DNA of 52,538 nucleotides, counting the filler, from Squatina squatina (Eukaryota), in assembly GCA_031763465.1 (NCBI GenBank). It is 3 parts of 3 records of this genome, joined end to end, with 100 filler letters (N's around TTAATTAATTAA, not from the genome) between each part and the next. Parts side by side here need not be neighbours in the genome. Positions count along the whole stretch, not along the records: positions 22,410 to 37,070 come from JARFOE010000120.1; 2 more parts are not named here. One strand, 5' to 3'. The notes beneath the pieces are model-generated. The model saw only the letters and a list, made by a program, of their open reading frames with translations, did not search any database and was not told the origin of the DNA. How positions within the stretch are numbered: position 1 is the first letter of the stretch; each line of letters begins with the position of its first letter. Shown here piece by piece: positions 23,681-34,880 of the stretch. The translations under genes and the position numbers were made by a program.

Positions 23681-24558
23681 TGGCCCAGATTTTACGGTCA
23701 GAGGTGAACGAACGGCACTTGCCGTTCATTACGCTTACAGCTGTCCACTGGGCTTTTGTGTGGCAACTTACGATAATTCCTGGAGAGGGAGCACGCGGTG
23801 TCCGCCGGTACGCTTGCAGCCTTCCGCGACTGGTGGGCGCCGGGGGGACTGGAGTGCATCCTCACTGGGGACGACGGGGTTTTAATTTAATCACTGGGGT
23901 TTTTGTTTAAGTCTTTGTTATTTAGTTTAATTTGTTAATTGTTCAATGTGTTAACCTGTTTATACTCCAAAAGAGCAACTTACGATAATTAGAGAGCCAT
24001 TTCAGCGCAGTGCCCTCTACAGGGGAGCTGGGACCTGTGTGAGCAAGGCAAGCAATAAGACTGGAGAATCCTTACTGAGACACACAGAGAGTGAAATTAC
24101 GTGGCGCTACCTGAGAAAGTATTGACATTTTAGCGCCCGGCATGAAAACCTGCAAAATTGTGAGACATTGGGCACTTCAAAAAAATGGAGCGCGGCGCTG
24201 TCAGAATCGCAAAGCACCTCAGTGAGGCGCTGGAGGGATGAGATTACCAGAGCTGGAGCCAATTTCACCTGACCTTCATTGACTCATAACGAGCTTCCAC
24301 TGCATTCCACTCCTTAAAGGTGATGTCTTTTCAGGCATCACCTGCTCTCTCTGCTCATTTCCACTGTTCCTGAAAACAACCTCTGAGATGGCTGTTGCAC
24401 CAGGACCCCACTGCGCCAGACGCTTCAGTGACCTGGCCCTAGAGATATTGGTGGGGGACAGTTGAGGCAAGGAGGGACCAACTGTTCCTGCCCTTGGGAA
24501 GAAGGCCAATGCCACAGCTGTTCAGGGCCCTGTGGGGAGCTGTGGCACAGAGGGTCTC
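23681..24558 (+). mobile_element. PIF/Harbinger DNA transposon remnant with frameshifted Myb/SANT-like ORF (24388-24558)
   Basis: Putative terminus GGCCCAGATTTT; ARRFSDLALEILVG(frameshift)TVEARRDQLFLPLGRRP..LFRALWGAVAQRV resembles the Harbinger/NAIF1-type Myb domain. Confidence 0.72.
23779..23974 (+). mobile_element. 5'-truncated Tx1/L1-group non-LTR retrotransposon with 16-bp target-site duplication
   Basis: LEREHAVSAGTLAAFRDWWAPGGLECIL ORF2-like C-terminus and T-rich 3' UTR; exact direct repeat GCAACTTACGATAATT at 23763-23778 and 23975-23990. Confidence 0.78.
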
Positions 24559-24658
24559 NNNNNNNNNNNNNNNNNNNNNNNNNNNNNNNNNNNNNNNNNN
24601 NNNNNNNNNNNNNNNNNNNNNNNNNNNNNNNNNNNNNNNNNNNNNNNNNNNNNNNNNN

Positions 24659-27600
24659 GTGATAGTGAAGTGGATATTCCCCATTTTGATGTTGGAGTGT
24701 CCTTGTTGATAATGGAGAGGAGTTTGTCAATGTTAATTTTGCAGGGCTATTTGTCCATGTTGATGTTGCTGTAGAGTTTGTCCATGGTGATATTGGAGTG
24801 GAGTTTGTCCATGGTGATGTTGGAGTGGAGTTTGCCCCATTTTGATATTGGAGTGTCCTTGGTGAAGATGGAGAGGAGTTTGTCAATGGTAATGTTGCAT
24901 TGGAGTTTGTCCATGGTGATGTTGGAGTGGAATTTGCCCCATGGTCATATTGGAATGGAGTTTGACCATGGATATGTTGGAGTGGAGTGTGTCCATGGTG
25001 ATGTTGGAGTAGAGTTTGACCATGGTGATATTGGAGTGGAGTTTGTCCATGGTGATATTGGAGTGGAGTTTGACCATGGTGATATTGGAGTGGAGTTTGT
25101 CCATGGTAATATTGGAGCGTAATGTGTTCATGGTGATATTGGAGTGTAGTTTTTCCACAGTGATATTGGAGCGCAGTTTATCCCTGATGATACTGGATTG
25201 GAGATTGTCCATGCAGATATTGGAGTGTAGTTTCTCCATGATGGTATTAGAGCAGAGTTTGTCCATGGTGATATTGGAGTGGAGCTTGTCCATGGAGATA
25301 TTGGAGCGTGGATTGTCCATGATGATATTGGAGTGGAGTTTGACCATGGTGATATTGGAATGGAGTTTGTCCATGATGATATTGGAGTGGAGTTTTTCCA
25401 CGGTGATATTGGAGTGGGGTTTGTCCATGGTGATATTGGAATGGAGTTTGTCCATATGGATATTGGAGTGGAGTTTGTCCATGGTGATATTGGAGTGGAG
25501 TTTGTCCATGGTGATATTGCAGTATTGTTTGTCCACGGTGATATTGGAGTGCAGTATATCTATGGTAATATTGGAGTGCAGTATGTCTATGATGATATTG
25601 GAGTGGAGATTGTCCATGATGATATTGGAGTGGAGTTTGACCATGGTGATATTGGAATGGAGTGTGTCCATGGTGATGTTGGAGTGTAGTTTGTCCATGG
25701 TGATGTTGGAGTGGAGTTTGTCCATGATGATATTGGAGTGGAGTTTGTCCATGGTGATATTGGAATGGAGTTTGTCTATTGAGATATTGGAGTGGAGTTT
25801 GTCCATGGTGATGTTGGAGATGAGTTTGTCCATGGGGATATTGGAGTGGAGTTTGTCCATGGTGATATTGGAGTGGAGTTTGGCCATGGTGATATTGCAG
25901 TATTGTTTGTCCACGGTGATATTGGAGCGCAGTATGTCTATGGTAATATTGGAGTGTAGTATGTCTATGATGATATTGGAGTGGAGATTGTCAATGGTGA
26001 TATTGGAGTGGAGTTTGTCTATTGAGATATTGGAGTGGCGTTTGTCCATGGTGATGTTTGAGATGAGTTTGTCCATGGGGATATTGGAGTGGAGTTTGTC
26101 CATGGTGTTATTGGAGTGGAGTTTGTCCATGGTGATATTTGAGTGGAGTTTGTCCATGATGATATTGCAGGAGAGTTTGTCCATGGTGATATTGGAGTGG
26201 ACTTTATTCATGATGATATTGAGGCGGAGTTTGACCATGGTGATATTGGAGTGGAGTTTGACCATGGTGATATTGGAGTGGAGTATATCCATGGTGATAT
26301 TGGAGTGCAGTATGTCTAGAATGATAGAGGAGTGCAGTATGTCTATGATGATATTGGAGTGGAGTTTGTCCATGGTGATGTTGGAGTGGAATTTTTCAAT
26401 GGTGATATTGGAGCGCAGTTTATCCATGATGATATTGGAGTGGAGTTTGACCATGGAGATATTGGAGTGTAGATTGTCCATGATGATATTAGAGCAGAGT
26501 TTGTCCATGGTCATATTGGAGTGGAGTTTGTCCATGGTGATATTGGAGCAGAGTTGGTCCATGCTGATATTGGAGTGGAGTTTTTCCATGATGATATTGG
26601 AGTGGAGTTTGTCCATGGTGCTAATGGAGTGGAGTTTATCCATGGTGATATTGGAGTGGAGTTTGTCCATGGTGATATTGGAGTGGAGTTTGACCCTGGT
26701 GATATTGGAGTGTAGTTTGTCCATGGTGATATTGGAGTGTAGTTTGTCCATGGTGATCTTGGAGTGTAGTTTGTCCGGAGTGGTATTGGAGCAGATTTTG
26801 ACCATGGTGATATTGGAGCAGAGTTTGTCCATGATGATATTGGAGGGAGAGGAGTTTGACCATGGTGATATTGGAGTACAGTTTATCCATGGTGATATTG
26901 GTTTGGGGTTTGCCCCATGGTGATGCTGGACAGGAGTTTGTCCATGGTGATTTTGGAGTGGGGTTTGTCCATGGTGATATTGGAGTGGAATTTGTCCATG
27001 GTGATATTGGAGTGCAGTATGTCTAGGATGATATTGGAGTGGAGTTTGTCCATGGTGATATTGGAGTGGAGTTTGACCATGGTGATATTCGAGTGGGGTT
27101 TGTCCAGCGTGATATTGGAGTGGAGTTTGATCATGGTGATATTGGAGTGGAGTTTGTCCATGGTGATATTGGAGTGCAGGATGTCTGTGATGATATTGGA
27201 GTGGAGTTTGTCCTTGGTGATACGGAGTGGAGTTTGTCCATGGTGATATTGGAGTGGAGATTGACCATAGTGATATTGAAGTGGATTTTGCCCTATTTTG
27301 ATGTTGCAGTGTCCTTTTTGATGATGGAGAGGATGTTTTCCATGGTGATTTTGGAGTGGAATTTGTCCATGGTACTATTGGAGTAGAGTTTGTCCATTGT
27401 GTTATTGGAATGGATTTTGTCCATGGTGATAGTGGAGTGGAGTTTGTCCAAACTGATATTGGAGTCGAGTTTGACCATTGTAATATTGGAGTAGAGTTTG
27501 TCCATGGTGCTATTGGAGTGGAGTTTGTCCTTGGAGATATTGGATTGGAGTTTGTTCATGGTGATATTGGAGTCGAGTTTGACCATGGTAATATTGGAGT

Positions 27601-28479
27601 GGACTTTGTCCATGGTGATATTGGAGTGGAGTTTTCCCACAGTGATATTGGAGTAGAGTTTGTCCATGGTGATATTGGAGTGGAGTTTCTCCTTGAGATC
27701 TTGGAGTGGAGTTTGTCCATAGTGATATTGGAGTGGAACTTGTCCATGATGATATTGGAGTGGAATTTGTCCATGATGATATGGAGTGCAGTTTGTCCAT
27801 GGAGATATTGGAGTGGAGTTTGTCCATGATGATATTGGAGTGGAGTTTTCCCACAGTGATATTGGAATGGATTTTGTCCATGGTGATAGTGGAGTGGAGT
27901 TTGTCCATGCTGATACTGGAGTCGAGTTTGACCATGGTAATATTGGAGTAGAGTTTGTCCATGGTGCTATTGGAGTGGAGTTTGTCCTTGGAGATATTGG
28001 TGTGGAGTTTGTCCATGGTGACATTGGAGTGGAGTTTAGCCATGGTGATATTGGAGTGTAGTTGTGTCCATGGTGATATTGAAGTGTAATTTGTCCATGG
28101 TGATATTGGAGTGCAGTATGTCTAGGATGATATTGGAGTGGAGTTTGACCATGGTGATATTGGAGTGGGGTTTGTCCAGCATGATATTGGAGTGGAGTTT
28201 GATCATGGTGATATTGGAGTGTAGTTTGTCCATGGTGATATTGGAGTGGAATTTGGCCATGATGATATTGGAGTGGAGTTTGATCATGGTGATATTGGAG
28301 TGTAGTTTGTCCATGATGATATTGGAGTGGACTTTGTCCTTGATGATATTGGAGTGCAGTATGTCTATGATGATATTGGAGTGGAATTTGGCCATGATGA
28401 TATTGGAGTGGAGTTTGTCCATGGTGATTTTGGAGTGGAGTTTGTCCATGGTGATTTTGGAGTGGAGTTTGTCCATGGT
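24659..28479. repeat. 27-bp minisatellite array (~140 units) bounded by gaps
   Basis: Consensus GAGTTTGTCCATGGTGATATTGGAGTG; source of all the (MDKLHSNIT)n, (SLSMVILEW)n and (EFVHGDIGV)n ORFs. Confidence 0.98.
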
Positions 28480-28578
28480 NNNNNNNNNNNNNNNNNNNNN
28501 NNNNNNNNNNNNNNNNNNNNNNNNNNNNNNNNNNNNNNNNNNNNNNNNNNNNNNNNNNNNNNNNNNNNNNNNNNNNNN

Positions 28579-28810
28579 NGGCTTGGTGGGCTAGGTCAAT
28601 GGAGGGAAGTGGCAGAGGCAGCTGAGGTTCATGAGCTCTTCGCACTTGTTCTGGGGTGAGGGTGGAGGAGACATGGGAAAGGGGTTTTAGAAAATAGTTT
28701 GGAGTAGAAAAAAGAAGCTGGGGTTATCTTTTCATTCCAGGATGATCCTGGAGTAGTGAACAGTTTTGGCAGAGAAGAGCAGAACCCAATCAGACAGGAA
28801 AGAAGTTGAG
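28579..28810 (-). mobile_element. L2 LINE fragment
   Basis: Homologous to 15330-15480 (GGGGTTATCTTTTCATTCCAGGATGATCCTGGAGTAGTGA). Confidence 0.72.
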
Positions 28811-28988
28811 TTGGCATTCAATAATCTGTTGCAAAAACTTATTAACTTGTTATGTTAGTTTTGTTCACTAAACTTGGCATCACAAAATTAGAACTGGATT
28901 TGGGTTGGTCTAAAATGTTGTATGCCAAAGCGTATTTCCAAGCGTGGCTTGAAAGAGAGAGCGTGGGTCACGTGAAGCCTTTACTCAC

Positions 28989-29237
28989 AGCTGGCACCCA
29001 GTTCGTAGAGCATTTGCAGACTGAAGTTGGCTGGTAGAACCGATCTGTTTCTGAAGGTGAAGTCATCATCTGGATAGTTATTCATCACTCCAAAGAGACC
29101 CTCTGTCCGATTCATGAATGTCTCTGGCAACAGAACCGTGATGCTCAAGATCGTGCCCCTGGCCCGAGCTTCCACGCCAGCTCCAGAGGAAAACATGGTG
29201 GTAACATTCCACGGGTTGGGCGAGTACACAAAAGTAC
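28989..29237 (-). CDS. SUSD2: Sushi domain-containing 2 family, vWD-domain exon (249 nt)
   Basis: GTFVYSPNPWNVTTMFSSGAGVEARARGTILSITVLLPETFMNRTEGLFGVMNNYPDDDFTFRN...LYELGAS; phase 1-1, GTGAGT donor. Confidence 0.88.
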
Positions 29238-29596
29238 CTGGGGAGATCATGCAGCCAAATAAATACCCCTTTGATATCACACTGTGGTCATGTGGTGTAA
29301 TTACCTGAAAAGATGGCCCATTAGAGTAAGAAAAAGAAAGATTTGCATTTATATAGTGCCATTCATGATCTCAGGACATCGCAAAGTGCTTTACAGCCAA
29401 CAAAGTACTTTTAGAGTGTAGTTACTATTGTAATTTAGGAAACACGGCAGCCAATTTGCGCACAGCAAGATCCCACAAACAGCAATGTGATAACCGNNNN
29501 NNNNNNNNNNNNNNNNNNNNNNNNNNNNNNNNNNNNNNNNNNNNNNNNNNNNNNNNNNNNNNNNNNNNNNNNNNNNNNNNNNNNNNNNNNNNNNNN

Positions 29597-29762
29597 ATCG
29601 TAGATGCCGTGAGAAAAGCCAGGGACTCTCGGGGGATTCACGTACGGCGGGGACCCCCAGTCGTGGCCTCGGTCAGGGGTGCTGCCTCCTATGGAGTCTC
29701 CAGTCAGGATCTGCCTGCCTTTGGCATCATAGCAGCACTGCTGTCCCGCTCCATACCGGGGG
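29597..29762 (-). CDS. SUSD2: SUSD2 family AMOP-domain exon (truncated by a gap)
   Basis: [55 protein letters not shown]; acceptor CCACCAG. Confidence 0.92.
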
Positions 29763-29817
29763 CTGGTGGAGCAAGAATAGCTGGTCAGTGGGAGAATGTT
29801 ACCAATAGGAAAAGCCA

Positions 29818-30103
29818 CCAGCAGCAAACAATGGCAACTTGCATTTAATATCGGCTTTAACGTAGTAAAATGTCCAAGCCTCTTCACAGAAGCGCAAATA
29901 GAAAAATATTGGCACCAAGCCACATCAGGAGATACTAGCACAGGTGACCAGATGCTTGGTGACAGAGGTATATTTTAAGGAGTCTCTTAAAGGAGGAGAG
30001 TGAGGTAGAGAGGCGGAGAGGTTTAGGGAAGGAATTCCAGAGCTTAGGGCCTAGACAGCTGTACGCACGGGTACCAACGGTGGAGCAAAGGAAATTGGGG
30101 ATG
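29818..30103 (-). mobile_element. L2-type LINE 3' tail
   Basis: Reverse complement matches the tail at 48900-49175 (GGCCCTAAGCTCTGGAATTCC..CCTTTAAGA..ATTAAATGCAAGTTG). Confidence 0.75.
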
Positions 30104-30203
30104 NNNNNNNNNNNNNNNNNNNNNNNNNNNNNNNNNNNNNNNNNNNNNNNNNNNNNNNNNNNNNNNNNNNNNNNNNNNNNNNNNNNNNNNNNNNNNNNNN
30201 NNN

Positions 30204-30685
30204 ACCTGAAGGCTTTGGAGAGGGTACAGAAGAGATTTACTAGAGTGGTTCCAGGGATGAGGGATTGCAGTTACGTGGATCGACTGGAGAAGCTGGGGTT
30301 GTTCTCCTTCAAGGAGAGAATGCTGAGGGGATTTGATTGAGGTGTTTAAAATCATGAAGTTTTTAGATAGAATAAATAAACAGTTTCCAAAGGCTAAAGG
30401 GTCGTAAATGAGAACATACAGATTTAAGGTGCGTGGCAAGAAAACCAGAGGTGACATGATGAAAAGCTTTTTTACAATTGGTTAAATTTGTAATACACTG
30501 CCTGATAGGGTGGTGGGTACAGATTCAACAGCAGCCTTCCTAAAGGAATTGGATAAATACTTGAAGGGGAAAAAATTGCAGGGATATGTGCAAAGAACGG
30601 GGGAGTGGGGCAGACTGGATTGCTCTTCGAATCGATGGGCTGAATGGCCTCCTTCTATGCAACACTACTTTATGATTCTAAGATT
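30204..30685 (+). mobile_element. CR1 LINE 3' end
   Basis: ALERVQKRFTRVVPGMRDCSYVDRLEKLGLFS..RMLRG, the typical CR1 ORF2 C-terminus, plus tail. Confidence 0.9.
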
Positions 30686-30805
30686 CTGACCAGTGAGTCG
30701 AATCAATCATTGTTCCTTCTCTAATCAGTATTTTAACTCTTTTTCCTTTTTAGGCAAATTGAATGTTGTGCCAAAGAAGTGAAGAAACCGGATGTCCTAT
30801 TTCTA

Positions 30806-31391
30806 ATGGATTGAAGACCCAACTCAACACAACAAAACATTTCATCACTTTCCTCTGTGCGGTCCACACCAAGACTCTCGGGACTGTCACAGATCACATG
30901 CGGTTTATATTTAAGCAATGCTGTTGCTTCGCATAACCTGAGTCTCTTGTAGGCCAGTGCCAGTGGAGTCACTTGTGTAATCAGTGTGTCCCCAGAGGTG
31001 ATGAGTTCTGTGTCTCCAGGCACTGAGTATATTAATATTCCTATCTCCTGGTTCATAGCTAAGTGAGTACTTTGACATGGTGGCAGACAAAATCCACCAT
31101 GTTGAAAAATTGTGTGGACGAACACTGCTGCACTGTGTTGCCGGAATCAGTAGAGCCGCCACTTTGTGCCTTGATTACCTCATGAAATTCCACCAGATGT
31201 CTCTGGTTGAGGCTCACGCCTGGTTGAGGGCACGCAGGCCGATAATTAGGCCAATCAGTGCATTCTGGGGGCAGATGATTGAGTACAAAGACAGACTCTT
31301 TGAAGAAACCAGTATCAAAATGGTGATGTCTTCTCTGGGAGTCATACCAGACATTTGTGAAGAAGAAACAAGAGGAATGATTCCTTTTTAA
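30806..31391 (+). pseudogene. DUSP18/DUSP21-like phosphatase pseudogene, copy A
   Basis: SGLSQIT..LYLSNAVA..GRTLLHCVAGISRAATLCL.YLMKFH.MSL.EAH.W..RRPIIRP; stops at 30812 and 30950, frameshifting deletion near 31043. Confidence 0.92.
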
Positions 31392-32746
31392 TGTTGTACA
31401 CCCAACTCACGATGTTTATTTTTTCGAGGTATGTTTGTGTTATGTTACTACTGTATGTCTTTGCCCATAAAGGCATCATTGGATATGATGACTTTCCCTT
31501 AAGGACCACACAATACAATTCCCAAAAAATCTATGACCCTGATGTAAAACACGGGTCAACATTAGAAACATCCTGTGCACCAAAATTCTGTTCTTTATAA
31601 TGTCTGGGCTTTACAAATGTCTTCCTTCTGCCAATCTCATTTCAACCATCCCAGGCCCATCCACTCTTGTTCCAATCAACACGTGCTATGATATTTAAAT
31701 ATCTTATATATTTAAACAACACTGTGATTCAGGAGGGTAAGCTGCCATTAAAGTGTCAGGGCACTGTCGGAACAGCTGATGGCCTCAGCTGATAGGAATG
31801 TATTGGTGCTTGTGTTGGATGTACTGCCTTTGGAGAATTTACTGTACTGAGAGGTTATGACCCATGTGTAAGATGCACTCTCGCAACCCATCAAACACAC
31901 TTGTCGTCCAAACTAAGACATACATTTATAGACTTGTGTGTGAGTGTATATTTGAAGAAAATATTTTCTTGTGTGCATTGCATTGAACTCTAAAGAAGTG
32001 TTTATTTTACACGGCTTACCTTAATAAATTGCATCATACCTTTCCTCCACATCTTCCACTTTTGTTTCCATTTTCCCAGGTTTGGTATCTGTCGTATCCT
32101 TGTCCTCCATAATGTAAAGTAGTGTAAAACATCTTGCTGCATATGAGGAGTGGTATGTAACTGAATGCTGTTTTTGATGTAATGCAAATAAACAGTGTGG
32201 TGATTTTAAAGGAAAATTGGAAGCAGAAGAATGGAACAATTCACTTTTTATGACCAACCAACTCCCAGGTCTGGTGGAGTGTAGGTTGGACATATAGTCA
32301 CAGTCTTTCTCACAACACCTCACCTCCAGGTTCAGAAGTCTGGCAGTATCACCTGATAATTACAGCGCTTGAATTTTTGCCAAAGGCTCCTCCTGGGCAA
32401 CAGCAGGAAAGTTGGAAAGCATCAGCAACNNNNNNNNNNNNNNNNNNNNNNNNNNNNNNNNNNNNNNNNNNNNNNNNNNNNNNNNNNNNNNNNNNNNNNN
32501 NNNNNNNNNNNNNNNNNNNNNNNNNNNNNAGTGGGGCAGACTGGATTGCTCTTCGAAAGAGCCGGCGCAGATTCGATAGACCGAATGGCCTCCTTCTGTG
32601 CTATACTATTCTATTATTCTAAGATTCTGACCAGTGAGTAGAATCAATCATTGTTACTTCTCTAATCAGTATTTTAACTCTTTTTCCTTTTTAGGCCAAT
32701 TGAATGTTGTGCTGAATAAGTGAAGAAACCAGATGTCCTATTTATA

Positions 32747-33332
32747 ATGGATTTAAGACCCAGCTCAACACTACAAAACATTTCATCACTTCCCTCTGTG
32801 CGGTCCACACCAAGACTCTAGGGACTGTCACATATCACATGCGGTTTATATTAAAGCAATGCTGTTGCTTCACGTAACCAGAGTCTCTTGCTAGCCAGTG
32901 GAGTCACTTGTATTATCAGTGTGTCCCCAGAGGTGATGAGTTCAGTGTGTCCAGGCACTGAGTATATTAATATTCCTGTTGCAGATTCTCCTGGTTCACA
33001 GCTAAGTGAGTACTTTGACATGGTGGCAGACAAAATCCACCATGTTGAAAAATAGTGTGGACGAACAATGCTGGACTGTGTGGCCAGAATCAGTAGATCC
33101 GCCACTTTGTGCCTTGCTTACCTCATGAAATTCCAAAGATGTCTCTGGTTGAGGCTCACGCCTGGTTGAGGGCATGCAGGCCTATAATTCGGCCAAACAG
33201 TGGATCCTGGAAGCAGCTGATTGAGTACGAAGACAGACTCTTTGGAAAAACCAGCATCAAAATGGTGATGTCATCTCTGGGAGTCATACCAGACATTTAT
33301 GAGGAAGAAACAAGAGGAATGATTCATTTTAA
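32747..33332 (+). pseudogene. DUSP18/DUSP21-like phosphatase pseudogene, copy B
   Basis: Same gene; stops at 32819, 32852 and 33053; frameshift near 33136; active-site motif altered to DCVARISRS. Confidence 0.92.
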
Positions 33333-34779
33333 TGTTGTACACCCAACTCACGAGGCTTATTTTGTCTAGGTATATTTGTGTTCTGTTACTACTGTATGCC
33401 TTTGCCCATGAAGTCATCAGTGGATAAGATGACTTTTCCTTAAGAACCACACAGTACAGTTCCCCAAAAATCCATGACCCTTATGTAAAACAAGGGTCAA
33501 CATTAGAAAGATCCTGTGCACCAAAATTCTCTCCTTTATAATGTCTGGGGTCCACAAATGTCTTCCTTCTTCCAATCTCATTTCAATCATCCCAGGCCCA
33601 TCCACTCTTGTTCTAATCGACTAGTGCTATGATATATAAATGGTAAATCTCCCTTCTACAGTCAGTCTTGGTTGCTGAGGCATCCTTGAATCTGCTCTTC
33701 CTGTAGCTCTGCTGGTCAGAAGTTATTGGCTTTAAATCTGCAGTGAGACCTTGGATAACACTGTGATTCAGGAGGGTAAGCTGCCATTAAATGTCAGGGT
33801 ACTGTAGGAACAGCTGATGGCCTCAGCTGATACGAATGTATTGGTGCTTGTGTTGGATGCACTGCCTTTGGAGAATTTACTATACTGAGAGGTTATGACC
33901 CATGTGTAAGATTCACTCTCGCATCCCATCAAACATACTCTTGTGATCCAAACTAAGACATACATTTATAGACTTGTGTGTGAGTATATATTTGAACAAA
34001 ATATTTTCTTTTGTGCATTGCATTGAACTCTAAAGGAGTGTTTATTTTACACGGCTTACCTTAATAAATTGCTTTCCTCCACATCTTCCACTTTTGTTTC
34101 CATTTTCCCAGGTTTGGTATCTGTCATATCCTTGTCCTCCATATTGTAAAGTAGTGTAAAACATCTTGCAGCATATGAGGAGTGGTATATAACTGAATGC
34201 TGTTTTTGATGTAATGCAAATAAACAGTGTGGTGAAATTAAAGGAAAATTAGAAGCAGAAGAATAGAACAATTCACTTTTTATGACCAACCAACTCCCAG
34301 GTCTGGTGGAGTGTAGGTTGGACATATAGTCACAGTCTTTCTTACAACAACTCACCTCTGGCAGTATCAACTGATAATTACAGCGCTTGAATTTTTGCCA
34401 AAGGCTCCTCCTGGGCAACAGCAGGAAAGTTGGAAAGCATCAGCAACNNNNNNNNNNNNNNNNNNNNNNNNNNNNNNNNNNNNNNNNNNNNNNNNNNNNN
34501 NNNNNNNNNNNNNNNNNNNNNNNNNNNNNNNNNNNNNNNNNNNNNNNTAATTGTTGTAAATCAGAGTGCTCTTGTAACTGTGAAATGGCCATTGTTCTTG
34601 GATAGGAAACAAGTCATGCAAAGTATTTGGAAAAGATAAAAGGATCAAGCATTCAATTCAAATACAAACATTTTGTGGGGTTGTTTACACTACATATTTC
34701 TTTGGCAACTGTATCTGTGTGGGAAATGCTATTTTTGAATGAATCACCACTTGTTCTAGTTCTGTGAGATACAGTTCTA

Positions 34780-34880
34780 ATAAAAACAGAGAATGCTGGA
34801 AGTACTCAGCAGGTCAGTCATCATTTGTGGAGAGAGGAACAGAGTTAACATTTCAGGTCGATGACCCTTCGTCAGAACAG
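34780..34880 (-). mobile_element. Penelope-type short repeat with a minimal hammerhead ribozyme motif (34844-34878)
   Basis: Minus strand reads GTT-CTGACGA-AGGGTCATCGACCT-GAAA-TGTT-AAC; related copies at 1602, 20205, 36965, 39978 and 48712. Confidence 0.65.

Larger units (their letters stand above)
30604..34447 (+). repeat. Two copies of a ~1.85-kb duplicated segment (30604-32429 and 32530-34447)
   Basis: Colinear similarity from the CR1 tail through the DUSP gene to the same final bases GGAAAGCATCAGCAAC; copy B has ~100 extra bp near 33640-33755. Confidence 0.95.

Noticed and set aside
24659-28479. CRISPR-like array (also considered for 6990-7965 and 40790-41370)
   Set aside because: Head-to-tail units without unique spacers, no cas genes, vertebrate context
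29597-29611. HGIYD instead of the usual HW(L/I)YD in the SUSD2 AMOP domain
   Set aside because: A single-base change within 15 nt of a contig end, which could be a sequencing error
31077-31391. 104-aa ORF with intact HCxxGxSR as a functional short phosphatase
   Set aside because: It lacks the N-terminal half and the general-acid Asp loop (VAD deleted); upstream stops and a frameshift mark a pseudogene
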